64,000 nucleotides of DNA from Octopus vulgaris (taxonomy: Eukaryota). A program made the translations under genes and the position numbers. The DNA lies in the NCBI GenBank assembly GCA_951406725.2, contig OX597822.1, positions 74,338,001-74,402,000 of the forward strand, read 5' to 3'. Positions 40,170 through 53,650 of this stretch are shown piece by piece; the stretch's first letter is position 1, and each line of letters opens with the position of its first letter. Under the pieces are notes generated by a model, which made no database searches, was not told the DNA's origin, and was given only the letters and a program-made list of their open reading frames with translations.

Positions 40170-41301
40170 GAGTGCATGTGTGTGTGTGTGTGTTTGCACG
40201 TGTGTGCATGTGTGTGTGTCTGTGTGCATATGCATATAAAACGTGTGTCTGTGTGTATATGTCTATAGAAATGTGTGTTTATGTGTTAAATGTGTCTGTG
40301 TGTACGTGTGTGCATGTGTGTGTCTGTGTGCATTGTAGGAGGATGTGTGCGTGTGTGTGTGTGCATATGTATATGACACGTGTCTATAGACCTGTGTTTG
40401 TGTGTTTATGTGTGTGTGTACGTGTGTACATGTGTGTGCTTGTACATTTGTGCATATGTGTGTGTCTATGTGTGCATTGTAGGAGGATGTGTACGTGTGT
40501 GTGCATATGTATATGAAACGTGTGTCTGTATGTATATGTCTATAGACGTGTGTTTGTGTGTTTGTGTGTGTGGATGTACGTGTGTACATGTGTGTGTATG
40601 TGTATGCATCTGTGTATGTTTATGTGTGCTTTTTAGGAGGATGTGTGTGTGTGTGTGCAGATGTATATAAAACGTGTGTCTGTATGTATATGTCTATAGA
40701 CATGTGTGTGTTTGTGTGTTTATGTGTGTGTACGTGTGTGTCTATGTGTGCATTGTAGGAGGATGTGTGCGTGTGTGTGTGCATATGTATATGAAACGTG
40801 TGTCTGTATACATATGTATATAAACGTGTGTGTTTATGTGTGTTTATGTGTGTGTGCATGTGTGTGTGTCTATTTGTGCATTGTAGGAGAATGTGAGCGT
40901 GTGTGTGTGTGTGCATATACAAATGAAACATTTATCTGTATGTATATGTCTATAGACGTGTGTGTGTTTGTGTGTTTATGTGAGTGTGTGTACGTGTGTG
41001 CATTGTAGGAAGATGGTAATCATCATTATGAATGATTATGTAAACGTGTGTGCGTGTATGTGTGTTCATATGTATACGAACGTGTGTGTGTATATGAAAT
41101 ATGTGTCTGTATGTACGTCTACAGACGTGTGTATGTTTGTGTGTGCGTATTTTTGTGTGTTTGTGTGTGTTCGTGTGTGAATGTATAGTAAGAGAATGGT
41201 GACCAACATAATGTATGAATGTGTGAATGTGTGTGCGTGTGTGTGTGTATATGTGCACGTGCATGAGTGTGTGAATATGTGTGAATGTGTATATGTAGGT
41301 A

Positions 41302-41332
<31 letters not shown>

Positions 41333-41520
41333 TAGTGTGAGTGCATTGCAAGAGAATGGCGATCAAAATTATGCATATGTGAATGTGTGTGTATGAGCGT
41401 GTGCATGCGTGTGTGAATATGTGTGAATGTGTGTGCATGTGTGTATGTATTTGTGTGTGCATGATCGTGTGTGAATGTGTGTTTGTGCATTGCAAGAGAG
41501 GGGGGATCAAAATTATGTAT
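40170..41520. repeat. Degenerate (TG)-based minisatellite with ~120-160-bp units
   Basis: Recurrent GTGCATTGTAGGAGGATG and GTCTATAGAC anchors. Confidence 0.7.
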
Positions 41521-41564
41521 GAATATGTGAATGAGGATGTATGAGCATGTGTGAATATGTGTGA

Positions 41565-41647
<83 letters not shown>

Positions 41648-42239
41648 AGCGTGTGTCAGCGTGTGTGATGTGTCTGTAACCGACATGGGAACATTATTCT
41701 ACGAAATTCCCTCAAGTGGAATTCGTAAACGTAAACTGTTCACAAATTACAAATTTTTTCAAAAAAATATTGTTCTGATATTGTTGTTAGAGCAAAAAAA
41801 AAAAACCCCAAAAAAAGAAAATTAAAAAATAACAAAAAATAACAAACAAACAACAAACATGAGGCCTGATGACAAAAATTGACTACAAGCACAACAACAA
41901 CAACTAGAAACTATTACGTACGTGTGTGTGTGTGTGTGTTTTCGACAAGATAACAGCTATATTGACACAACTATTTCCATTCTCTATTCTACCCACCTCC
42001 CCTTTCTGATTTTTTTTTTTGCGGGAGGGGACATCTCTTGCTCTTTTCTTCTTCCTCCTCCTCTTCTTCCTCCTCCTCTTCTTCCCTTCTTCTTCCTTTC
42101 TTCTTCTTATTCTCCTTCTTCTTCCAGTTCTTTTCATCTTTTGCCTCTTTCTAATTATTCAGCAGGACCTGTCCCTTTATTTCTTTCTTTATACTGTTGT
42201 ATAATGTATATGCTTCCTTCCTTTTTTTATTGTAGACTG

Positions 42240-42390
42240 TGTGACTGTGTGGCATGTAGCTTGCTTACCAGCTACATGGTTCTGGGTTCCGTCCCACTGC
42301 GTGGCACCTTGCGCAAGTGTCTTCTACTATAGCCTCATGCCGACTAAAGCGTTGTGAGTCGATTTGGTAGACGGAAACTGAAAGAAGCTC

Positions 42391-42426
<36 letters not shown>

Positions 42427-42645
42427 GGGGTTGTGTGTGTGTGTTTGAGCGTCTGTGTTTGACCCCCACCATCCATCGCTTTACAACCGATGTTGATGTG
42501 ATTACGTCCCCGTATATTAGCGGTTCGGCAAAAACAAAAAGGTAGAATAAGTACTAGATTTACAAAGATTAAGTCTTGGGGTGATTTGTTCAACTAAAGG
42601 CGGTACTCCAGCATGGCCACAGTCAAATGACTGAAACAAATAAAA
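42240..42645 (+). mobile_element. SINE family B
   Basis: Full head-to-tail match to family B. Confidence 0.8.
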
Positions 42646-42671
42646 ACATATATATATATATATGCGTGTGT

Positions 42672-42711
<40 letters not shown>

Positions 42712-42796
42712 GTGTTCGTTTTAATGTTATGCAGACGTAAACACACCAAGATCGTTTGTCAAGCCGTGGTTGAGGTGGACAAACACTGATACACAA

Positions 42797-42883
<87 letters not shown>

Positions 42884-42996
42884 TATATGTACACGCACAC
42901 ATATATATACATATGTATATATGCATGTAAATATCTATCTATCTATCTATCTCTTTCACTCTCTCTCTCTCTATATATATATATATATGCCCCCTA

Positions 42997-44430
42997 GTGG
43001 CGTCTCTTCCCTCCCACATCCACGACACCAACCATGCTCTCCGGCTTTTCAACTCTTTCTCCTTTCCTCCCGGCTCCTCCAAAATCCTTTTTACAATGGA
43101 CATCAAGAGCCTCTATACCGTCATCCCTCACCACGAAAGACTGCGGGCACTTCAACACTTTCTCGACCTCCGCCCCAACCCCGAACCCGACACCTCCACA
43201 CTCATTCGTCTGGCCGAACTTGTCCTTTCTCTTAACTGCTTCTCGTTCGCGGGCGAGTTCTACCATCAGATCTCGGGAGTGGCCATGGGAACGCGAATGG
43301 GCCCCAACTATGCGAATCTGTTCGTTGGCTATGTTGAGGCCCAAATATTCTCTAGTTTCATTGGTCCCACTCCCGAACTATACGGTCGTTACATTGACGA
43401 CATTATCGGTGCCACCTCACTCTCCCGTGAACATCTAGATTCCTTCCTCTCTTTCGTTCAATCCTTCCATCCTGCCCTCTACTTCACCTCCACTATCTCT
43501 AACACCTCTGTCTCCTTCCTCGACATTTCGGTCAGCATTCATCAATTCACTCTTACCATCTCCATTTACTACAAACACACAGACTCACACTCATACCTAA
43601 ACTACTCTTCCTCCCACCCCAAACACACCAAGCTTTCCATCCCCTATTCCCAATTCCTCCGTCTACGTAGGCTCTGTAGTGACGGCCATGACTTTGAGAC
43701 TCAGTCTCAACTCATGGCTCGCCACTTCATCCTACGTGGATACCCCCTCACCACTATCCACACCGCCCTTGCCAGAGCACGTTCCGTAGACCGTGCATCT
43801 GCTCTCTCCCCTCGAACCCGCCCTGCAGTCTCCCGCCTCCCTTTTCCCCTCACTTACCACCCCACCACCCTACCTCTTCGAGCTTTCCGGCATCTCCAGT
43901 CCGACCCGTTCACTTCACACCTCTTCCCTAACCGACCCCTCCCCTCCTTCAAACGAGCCCATAACCTACGAGACCTCTTGGTTCACAGCTTCTTCCCTGA
44001 CCCTACCTCCCAACCTGGCTCGTTCCCCTGCTCCCGCCCACGTTGCCGTACTTGCCCTTACCTCTCTAACACCACCCTCCTCACCGGCACCCATCATCGA
44101 CACTATCGCATCATCGACTCCTTCACCTGCACCTCCAGCAAAATCATCTATTGCATCTCCTGCTCTCTCTGCCATTCCCTGTACATCGGACAAACGGGAC
44201 GCCGCTTGGCTGACCGGTTCGCGGAATACCTCCGAGACATCCGCCTTGCCAATGACACACCGGTCTCACGCCATTTCCGCTCCACTGGTCACTCCTTGGA
44301 ACACCTGTCTGTGTCGGATTGTTCTTGCACAGAGGCCATCCGGATTCCCGCTTGCACCGTGAACAGGGATTAATCATCTCTCTTCGCTCTTTTACGCCAT
44401 TTTGTCTCAACTCTCCCCGCCTTTTCATCT
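42997..44430 (+). pseudogene. Penelope-like reverse transcriptase + GIY-YIG endonuclease (5'-truncated, late frameshift)
   Basis: [42 protein letters not shown], a Cys-rich linker CSRPRCRTC and IIYCISC..C..LYIGQTGRRLADRF. After a frameshift near 44312 another frame gives RLHREQGLIISLRSFTPFCLN, the GIY-YIG end. Confidence 0.9.
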
Positions 44431-45209
44431 AACCTCCCCCCGACTCCTACTTCTCTTCAGTCCTTCATCTTTTCACCCCTACTCTCTGTCCCTCCTCTTC
44501 CCTTCTTTCCCATCTTCCCTCTTCTTTCTTCTTTCTTCTTCCCTCTTCCCCTTCTCTCTTTCTCTCTGCTCCCTCACTCCCCTTCTCTCCCCCTCCCTCT
44601 CTTCCTCTCCTTCCTTCTCCTCTCCCTCCACCTCCTCCCCTCTCCCCCTCATCTCCTTTATCCCCTCTCCCCCTCATCTCCATTCTCCCCTCCCCTCTCT
44701 CCCCTCCTCTCTCTTCTCTCCCCTCTCATTCTCCCCACAACCCCCACTCTACCCCAACCACCAGCCGAACCCACACCCCACATGGGCTTTCCCCACTCTC
44801 GCCCCCACCTCCCCACAACATCACACCACACTACACTACACCATACATCACACATCACATCACAACACACCACCCACAGCACACCGCCCACATTACACAT
44901 CACATCACAACACACCACCCACACAACCATCCCCATATCTCCACACCCACACATACACACGTCCAGACCACCAGCCCTCTTTCACACGCACATACATACT
45001 CTCTTATACACACACGCACCTTCATGTTGGGGCGAAGTCACTTGACCCTGTTATCTCCCCTACTATCCCTCTAGCGTCTAACGTCTGACCTCTGACGTCT
45101 GACGTCTGACCTCTGACTTCTGCCTGAAATCAGAACGCCATGATGGACCGTTAGCTCCTACACGCATTTTTTTCTCTCCTTGTTTCACTCCTTGTTTCTT
45201 TTCTGTGTA

Positions 45210-45247
45210 TCTTTCTGTCGAAGAGCGTAGGCTCGAAACGTTAAAGA
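45210..45247 (+). ncRNA. Degenerate hammerhead motif in the Penelope pLTR
   Basis: TCTTT-CTGTCGA-A-GAGC/GCTC-GAAA-CGTT-AAAGA. Stems I and II are intact, but the core has A6->U. Confidence 0.5.
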
Positions 45248-45339
45248 CTTGTTTTATTTCTATTCCTGAGCGCCATACTAATACAATTGTTTGTACTCCA
45301 CTTGCCTTCGTCTTTTGTTTATTTTCGTAAACCTTCCCG

Positions 45340-45385
<46 letters not shown>

Positions 45386-45472
45386 GTATAATTTTATTAT
45401 ATGTAAACCCTGACACTTTGCGACTGTCTTTGTTGTTTCCCCCTTTTTCACCCCTCTGACGAAAAACATCCC

Positions 45473-45542
<70 letters not shown>

Positions 45543-45545
<3 letters not shown>

Positions 45546-47663
45546 TAGTTTTATTTTTATAGCGTGCTTTCACTTCACTACCGAGCGCAGCTCTGTGTGC
45601 CTTGGGTATGTGCTGTGATTTGTTGTGATGCTCTGATGGTTATTGTATGGAAAGTGTTCTGCGTAGGATGTGTGCAGTGCCTAGTAGTGCAATTTTCTGT
45701 ATGTTATATGTGTTTGTAAGTCCTGGTGTTTTTGTTATGTATTTGTCTGAATATTTTTTTATCATGCCTAATGCACCTACTATGATAGGAATTGTTTCTG
45801 TTTTCAGATTCCACATTCTAGTTACCTCTATTTCCAGGTCTTTGTATTTTGAGAGTTTCTCCATTTCTTTTAGAGACACGTTGTCATCAGCCGGTATTGA
45901 TACATCAATTAGAAAGCATTTTTTTCTTCATGATCTCTGACAACTATATCTGGTCTGTTGGCCTTAATTTCTCTATCTGTGTGTATCGGCATATCCCAGA
46001 GTATGGTTGCTTTCTCGTTTTCTGTGACCTTTTCTGGTGTGTGCCTATACCATCTTTTTTCTGTTGTTATTCCATAATGTTGGCATAGCTTCCAATGTAT
46101 GTAGGTTCCAACTCTGTCATGTCTGTGAATATATTCCTTCTTAGCCAGGACTGGGCAGCTAGAGATAATATGATTTATTGTTTCTTGTCCATCTCCACAT
46201 ATTCTGCAGTTACTTGTAATATTTCTTTTCATTACATGTTTTTGGCAATTTCTGGTGGGGAGACTTTGGTCTTGTGCTGCAATTAAAAATCCCTCTGTTT
46301 CTGCTTTGAGTCCTGAGCTTCTCAACCATTGCTGGGATTTTTCTTTGTCTATTTCTTTTGCGTTTAGTTTAGTCCAGTATTTACCATGAAGGGGCTTTTC
46401 TTGCCATCGTTTTATCATGGTTCGTTGCTGTTCTATTTTTAGTTTGGATTTCACTTGTTTTATAGCTTTTGTTGTTTCTTCATCTTCTTCTTCTTCTTCA
46501 TGTTTATTAGGTGGTATGATTTCTTGTTTGTATTTGTCAGCTTCCTTAAATACTGAGAACAGTTTTTTGCTTTGCTCGTGTTTTGCCGCTATCTGGATCA
46601 GTTTTCCTTCCTTCTGAAGTAGATATTTTTGCAGTCCTATGGTGGTTATTTTATAGTAGCTTTCCAGCTGTATAAAGCCTCTACCACCTTCTATACATTG
46701 TATATATAGTCTTTCTATGTCAGATTTTGGGTGATGCATCCTAGATCCTGTCATTATTTTTCTTGTTTTCCTATCTATTTTGGTCAGTTCATTTCGTGTC
46801 CAGTTAAGGATATTATAGCTGTAACTTATAACTGGGACAGCTAAAGTGTTGATACCTATTATCTTGTTTTTAGCATTGAGCTCTGTGTTTAGTATTGATC
46901 TAACTCGTCTATAATATTCTTTTTTATTTTCTCTTTCATTTGTGTGTGTTGTGTCTTATCTAGTTCATGGATTCCTAAGTATTTGTAAGTTTGGCTTTGG
47001 TCTAATTCTTTTATTTCATTGGTTTTATCTAGTGTGATGTTGTTACTCTTAACTAGTTTTCCTCTTTTCATGGTTACTTTGGCGCATTTTTCTAATCCAA
47101 ATTTCATATCTATTTCTTTGGTAAATCCATGAACTGTCTTTAATAGTGTTTCCAGCTGTTTGTCATTTGCAGCGTATAGTTTTAGGTCATCCATATATAA
47201 AAGGTGGCTGATCGTTTTACCGTAACATTTATATCCGCATCCAGTTCTATTTAGCATATCAGATAGAGGTGACAGTGCCAAGCAGAAAAGGAGTGGAGAG
47301 AGCGTGTCTCCCTGGAATATTCCTCTTCTAATGGGGATGTCTTTGGTTTTCATGAGTCCCTCTTTTGTTTGGAGGTGTAGGACTGTTTGCCATTTATTCA
47401 TAGAGTGCTCTATGAATTTTATGATTGTTGGTGCTACTTTGTTAATGGCTAGTGTTTCGAGGATCCATGTGTGGGGGATGCTATCAAATGCCTTTTTGTA
47501 GTCAATCCAGGCCATACTGAGGCCTTTCTTCTTTCTGTGGCTGTCTTCAGTTATGGCTTTATTAATCATTAGTTGATCTTTACAGCCATATGAGCCTTTG
47601 CGGCATCCTTTCTGCTCTTCTGGGAACAGTTTGTTTTCGTCCAGGTGCTTGTTCAGCCTTTGT
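45543..47663 (-). mobile_element. R4/Dong-like REL non-LTR retrotransposon, 5'-truncated and frameshifted, in (TAA)n
   Basis: RT motifs IDYKKAFDS, GIFQGDTLSPLLF and HLLYMDDLKLY; CCHC CRICGDGQETINHIISSC; RHD; PDIVV; KLSKY; IIVGALG. (TTA)n at 45473-45542 and 47666-47752. Confidence 0.88.
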
Positions 47664-47665
47664 GA

Positions 47666-47749
<84 letters not shown>

Positions 47750-47753
<4 letters not shown>

Positions 47754-47996
47754 TATTATATATTTCGGCACCTAGCATGCCTTCCGCAGGTTCAAAAAAT
47801 AAACTTGTCAATCTACTTCATTTTTGCTAATATTTTATAGGATTGAGGTAACTCATCCAGTAGGTATATAAAAGCAAAAAAAAAAAAAAAAGATTTACCT
47901 CAAACCTTCCTATAAAATATAACCAAAAATGAAGTAGATTGACAAGTTTATTTTTTGAACCTACGGAAGGCACGCTAGGTGCCGAAATATATAATA

Positions 47997-48000
<4 letters not shown>
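47750..48000. repeat. Foldback palindrome (~100-bp arms); further copies of the arm at 48170-48290 and 48325-48380
   Basis: TATTTCGGCACCTAGC...TTTTATAGGA versus TCCTATAAAA...GCTAGGTGCCGAAATA. Confidence 0.85.
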
Positions 48001-48055
<55 letters not shown>

Positions 48056-48380
48056 TAATAGGGATGTTTTTCGTCAGAGGGGTGAAAAAAGGGGGAAACA
48101 ACAAAGACAGTCGCAAAGTGTCAGGGTTTACATATAATAAAATTATACAATTATATATATATATACCTACTTTTTTTGCTTTTATATACCTACTGGATGA
48201 GTTACCTCAATCCTATAAAATATTAGCAAAAATGAAGTAGATTGACAAGTTTACTTTTTGAACCTGTGGAAGGTACGATAGATGCCGAAATATCATTCAC
48301 TTGATAACGATGGCACTCTTTTTTTTTTTTTTTGCTTCTGTATACCTACCGGAGGAGTTACCTCAATCCTATAAAATATG

Positions 48381-48443
<63 letters not shown>

Positions 48444-49001
48444 GAGTGAGAGAGCAGTGCATGCCATCAAAGTGACACTGGGGTAAAATATACGAAGCCC
48501 AGTATACCCATCATGACTACCCGTCTGATAAGGGTACACCAGGCACATGCATCACAACCATATGTGCGCGACATGATGATCTCATATCAAGATAAACAGC
48601 ACATGACCTTGCAGGTGGGGCCCAGTTAGAATTTTCTTCTGGTTGAGTAGCCCAATCCGCTCAAACGGTCCCTGAATAAGGGTTGTTTAAGGATGTTGAA
48701 TGAAACACCCATGTTTCCAGAGGTGAATTATTCAAACCCCAAAGAATCCCTCTCAACATATGGCTATGATGCTCCCCTACTACTTCTGCTCGTGATCAGA
48801 GATGCACATATCGTCAGCCACTAAGAGACATGCTCAACTGGTTAAGGTCAAACAACTGACAAGCAAATCTGTGGTATTGAGCAGAATATTTGCTGTAGCC
48901 CATCTTTTATACCAAGACGAAACAATGTACATGATAACACTTCCAATCAGTTAAGATTGCCTGGTATTGCATCAGGGCATGGTGCTGTATCAGGGCATTT
49001 A

Positions 49002-49060
<59 letters not shown>

Positions 49061-49092
49061 TACTGCATCGGGGCATGGTACTGCATCAGGGC
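48444..49092 (-). mobile_element. Repeat family E copy with a duplicated 5' tip, in (TTA)n
   Basis: Reverse complement of 36292-36878; CATCAGGGCATGGTGCTGTATCAGGGCATTT is repeated near 48970 and 49084. Confidence 0.8.
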
Positions 49093-49110
49093 ATGGTGCT
49101 GTATCAGGGC

Positions 49111-49195
<85 letters not shown>

Positions 49196-49196
<1 letters not shown>

Positions 49197-50144
49197 TATG
49201 TTTGACTTTTGCTTTATATTTGTACAAGTTGGCTTCAAGTCTCACCCAGAGACCTCAAGAGACAACAGGTTGGAAGTTCATGTTGTTGTTATGCCTAGTG
49301 TGCCATATATTTGGGGGGTGTGGAGTTTTTGGTGTTGTACTAATGAATGTCTAAAAAAAGAAAGTTTTTTTTTTTTTAAACCGAAAATTATGTTTGTTTT
49401 AAACCTTGAGATTACATAGAAAGTATTTTGCGTAGGATATGAGCAGTTCCCATGAGCACTATCTTTTGAATTTCTGCCATTTTTGGGTTTCCTGGTATCT
49501 GAGTTAGGTAGCTATCAGCCCCTTTTGCTATCATTCCCAGGGCACCTATGACAACAGGTATTGTTTTAGTCTTCAGCTTCCACATTTTGCTGATTTCTAT
49601 TTTAAGATCTTTATATTTGCTCAGTTTTTGGTAGGTCTTGACAGATACGTTTATATCGATTGGGACAGTCATATCAATGAGGAGGCATGTTCTTTGTTTG
49701 AAGTCTTTCAATATGATGTCTGGCCTATTTGCATCTATCTTTCTGTCAGTTTGAATGGTGAAGTTCCAGAGGAGTGAGATGTGGTCATTTTCAAGCACTG
49801 GGAGTGGTTTGTGTTCCCACCAGTTTTTTTCATGGGGCAAATCCAGGTTTTTGCAGATTACCCAGTGAATATATTGTGCAGCTCTATCGTGTCCGTTGAG
49901 ATACTCTGTAGGCGCTAGAAGACTGCACTTGGAGACCACATGGTCAATGGTTTCATTTTGTTGCTGGCATACACGACACGTTGGACTGCTTCTGATCTTT
50001 AATATGTTGGCCTGGTAGTTTCTTGTTGGTAGGCATTGATATTGAGCTGCTATGATAAACTCCTCTGTTTCAGATTTTAAGCCAGAGGCCATTAGCCATT
50101 GATGGGTCAGGGCTTTGTCAACATCTTTGTCAGGGCTTTGTCAA

Positions 50145-50146
<2 letters not shown>
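49196..50146 (-). mobile_element. R4/Dong-like element 3' fragment (second subfamily) in (TAA)n
   Basis: ORF 49412-50092: CRVCQQQNETIDHVVSKC, HD, RPDIIL, KLSKY, VIGALG. Confidence 0.88.
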
Positions 50147-50234
<88 letters not shown>

Positions 50235-50236
<2 letters not shown>

Positions 50237-50962
50237 TATGTTTGACTTTTGCTTTATATTTGTACAAGTTGGCTCCAAGTCTCACCCAGAGACCTCAAGA
50301 GACAACAGGTTGGAACTTCACATTGTTGTTATGCCTAGTGTGCCATATATTTGGTTGTTTTTTGTGTTGAACTGGTGAATGTCTAAAAAAAAAAGAAAAG
50401 AAATGTTTGTTTTAAACCTTGAGATTACATAGAAAGTATTTTGCGTAGGATATGAGCAGTTCCCATGAGCACTATCTTTTGAATTTCTGCCATTTTTGGG
50501 TTTCCTGGTATCTGAGTTAGGTAGCTATCAGCCCCTTTTGCTATCATTCCCAGGGCACCTATGACAACAGGTATTATTTTAGTCTTCAGGTTCCACATTT
50601 TGCTGATTTCTATTTTAAGATCTTTATATTTGCTCAGTTTTTGGTAGGTCTTGACAGATACGTTTATATCGATTGGGACAGTCATATCAATGAGGAGGCA
50701 TGTTCTTTGTTTGAAGTCTTTCAATATGATGTCTGGCCTATTTGCATCTATCTTTCTGTCAGTTTGAATGGTGAAGTTCCAGAGGAGTGAGATGTGGTCA
50801 TTTTCACGCACTGGGGGTGGTTTGTGTTCCCACCAGTTTTTTTCATGGGGCAAATCCAGGTTTTTGCAGATTACCCAGTGAATATATTGTGCAGCTCTAT
50901 CGTGCCTGTTGAGATACTCTGTAGGCGCTAGAAGACTGCACTTGGAGACCACATGATCAATG

Positions 50963-50963
<1 letters not shown>
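50235..50963 (-). mobile_element. R4/Dong-like element 3' fragment, near-identical to 49196-50146
   Basis: Same 3' terminus (CTATGTTTGACTTTTGC on +) and the same REL peptide, with a shorter 5' truncation; (TTA)n on both sides. Confidence 0.88.
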
Positions 50964-51015
<52 letters not shown>

Positions 51016-51051
51016 CATTATTATTATTATTATTATTATTATAATCATTAT

Positions 51052-51123
<72 letters not shown>

Positions 51124-51475
51124 TATTTGTCCTTCTGCTCAAAGTCAAACGAAATGGAAATGAGGATGAAGTCGAAGAAAAAAATGGAAGAGAAAAAGAA
51201 GAAAAACAGAAGAAGAAAAAGAAGAAGAAGAAGAAAGAGGAAGAAAATGAGGGGGACGAGGGGGAGGTAAAAACCCAAGAGCAGTGGAAGAAGTCTTCAA
51301 GTCTGTAAAATTTAAATGGTCCTAGTGCCATATGTCTCATGTCTTCACAATACTCATTGCCACGTTCAACATAAGTGACGTTACAATTGCGCCACAAATA
51401 CATTTACACATAATACATTATTGGCGTCAATATTTAGAGCCGACATTACCATTAGCATATGTGACAGTTTCGGGA

Positions 51476-51686
51476 TTATTATTATTATTATTATTGTTCA
51501 AGTCACTGCTTGGAATCGAACTCGGAATCTTGGGGTTAGTAGCCCGCGCTCTTAACCGCTACGCTATATGCCCGTGTTAACATATGGCGTTTGTGCTAAT
51601 AACAAACAAGATGAGGACAAATATCCGTTGAATGTAAATAATGTAAATAATGCACATAATTCCTCATCTCTTAAATATAGAACTGC
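51476..51686. mobile_element. Family D rearranged copy: tRNA-like head on - (51496-51573) next to the tail on + (51588-51686)
   Basis: Head is the reverse complement of 1172-1250 (TAGCGTAGCGG, GAGTTCGATTCC). Tail matches 1441-1505. Confidence 0.7.
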
Positions 51687-52490
51687 AATAGGTGGGCTTC
51701 TCATATACCCAGAAAGGAAGTGCATTTATGATCTGGTCACACAAGCATGTCTGAGCTTGTCTCATCTGATTACACAAGATTTAGTGAAAAGAGTATGCAC
51801 GGTACCATATGTAAAGTGACAGTTCCTACATTGACTGTTTCCCTTCTGTAAACAGAGTAGTGGCCTTTGTATGTAATTGCTTATTTATGACGGTCTCTTT
51901 CTCCATAAAAGAACCGTCATCACTTTATTTTTCGACGACACTCTAAAATAATCTAGATATGGGACTCACAATAGCGATTTTCTGGACTATATCAAGATTG
52001 TATCAATACACGGGTTTTGCTTTACATCTGTATCGAGTACTCTTTCATTTTCTTTCTTTAATTTTGTCATTTTTGATTTACGTAAATTCTTTTTTATTAC
52101 ACTCACATATTTATAAACAAACGCATACATATGCACACACACAATATAGAGATAATGAGAGCGAGAAAGACAGACGTGATAGATAGAGATGGAGATATAT
52201 ATATATATATATATGTATATAAAGAGAAAGAAAGGTGGGTAATGAAATTGAAATCCAAGGAGAACACATGCATTTATTTGCTGAAAGAGATACCACAATA
52301 ACATTGACACCTCAGAAATTACCAAAACATTCCTGTGCTAATTGGAATTTTGAGTGGTTCGCGCGTGCGTCGAACAAATAAATAACGAAGAGAAACATAC
52401 AATATATGTAGAATATATCCATACACTCACATTTATATACATATACTAATAAACACATATACATATATATATATATATATATATGCATGT

Positions 52491-52589
<99 letters not shown>

Positions 52590-53650
52590 GTATGTATGTA
52601 TATATATATATATGTGTGTATGTATGTGTGTATGTATGTATAATGATTTGTTGGTACATGAGACAAGTTACAATTTTCCTGAACCAGTTGTAAAAGATTA
52701 AGTTGTTAAAGAGAACTATATACATACATATACATATATACATACATATATACATATATATTTATGTGTGTATATATATATATATGTATATATGTATATA
52801 TATATATATATATATGTTTATATGTATATATATATATATATGTCTATATATATATATATACACATATATATATACACATATATACATATATATACATATA
52901 AACATATATATTTACTATACATACACGTACTCACATACATGCATATACATACATATACAAACATAAATACATATATACACGGACACGTGTGAGTGTGTGT
53001 GTGTGTACGTGTGTGATTTGCCAGTAGAAAGAGACAGGCTAGAGTTTTCCTGAAAGAATTGAAAAAGATTAAGTTGTTAAAGGAGAGTAATTCAAGAATA
53101 ATGTTTCCCTAATCATTAACACCGACAGCTGTTGGGAAATAATCACAGCAGAACATTTCAATGTTGTGATAAATTTTTCACTGAAGCAGACGATAAGGAG
53201 ACTAAGTCGTCTGCAAAATAAATAAAACAAAATATACTAAAGATATTGAAAGAGCTACAAAATAAATGAATAATATAAAGAGAAGTGGGACAAACTAAAA
53301 ACTTCCTTCCTTATTTTCATTCCTATATAGTACTTCACTGGTATGTTATTTATCGATCTCTGAAGGTAGAAAAGCGAAGTTGACATCGAATACCGCCGAG
53401 ATCAGTTTTACTTTTCGTCGTTTTGTGATCAATAAAATAATGTACCAGTTAAATTTAGAAATAATGGTATTGTTTGACTCCTCCCCCATCCATCAAAATC
53501 GCTGTCTTTGTGCCGAAATTACAAACCACTGTCATCGTCATCATAACTAACAGAACAGTTCATATACATGACAAAATTTTATCAGCGACAATTAATTGAT
53601 ATAAAATATAATTTTTTAATATTGAAAATATGATTAGTTTAATAAAAATA

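Larger units (their letters stand above)
42990..45341 (+). mobile_element. 5'-truncated Penelope-like element (Neptune-type), from RT through GIY-YIG to the 3' pLTR
   Basis: ORF below, then a C/T-rich UTR, a (TCTGACS)n heptamer run at 45084-45118 and a pLTR at 45149-45341; (TA)n on both flanks. Confidence 0.9.

Noticed and set aside
52674-53086. ~40-bp direct repeat (TTTTCCTGAA...AAAAGATTAAGTTGTTAAAG) around a microsatellite block
   Set aside because: Short and diverged; most simply a local duplication with no functional signal.
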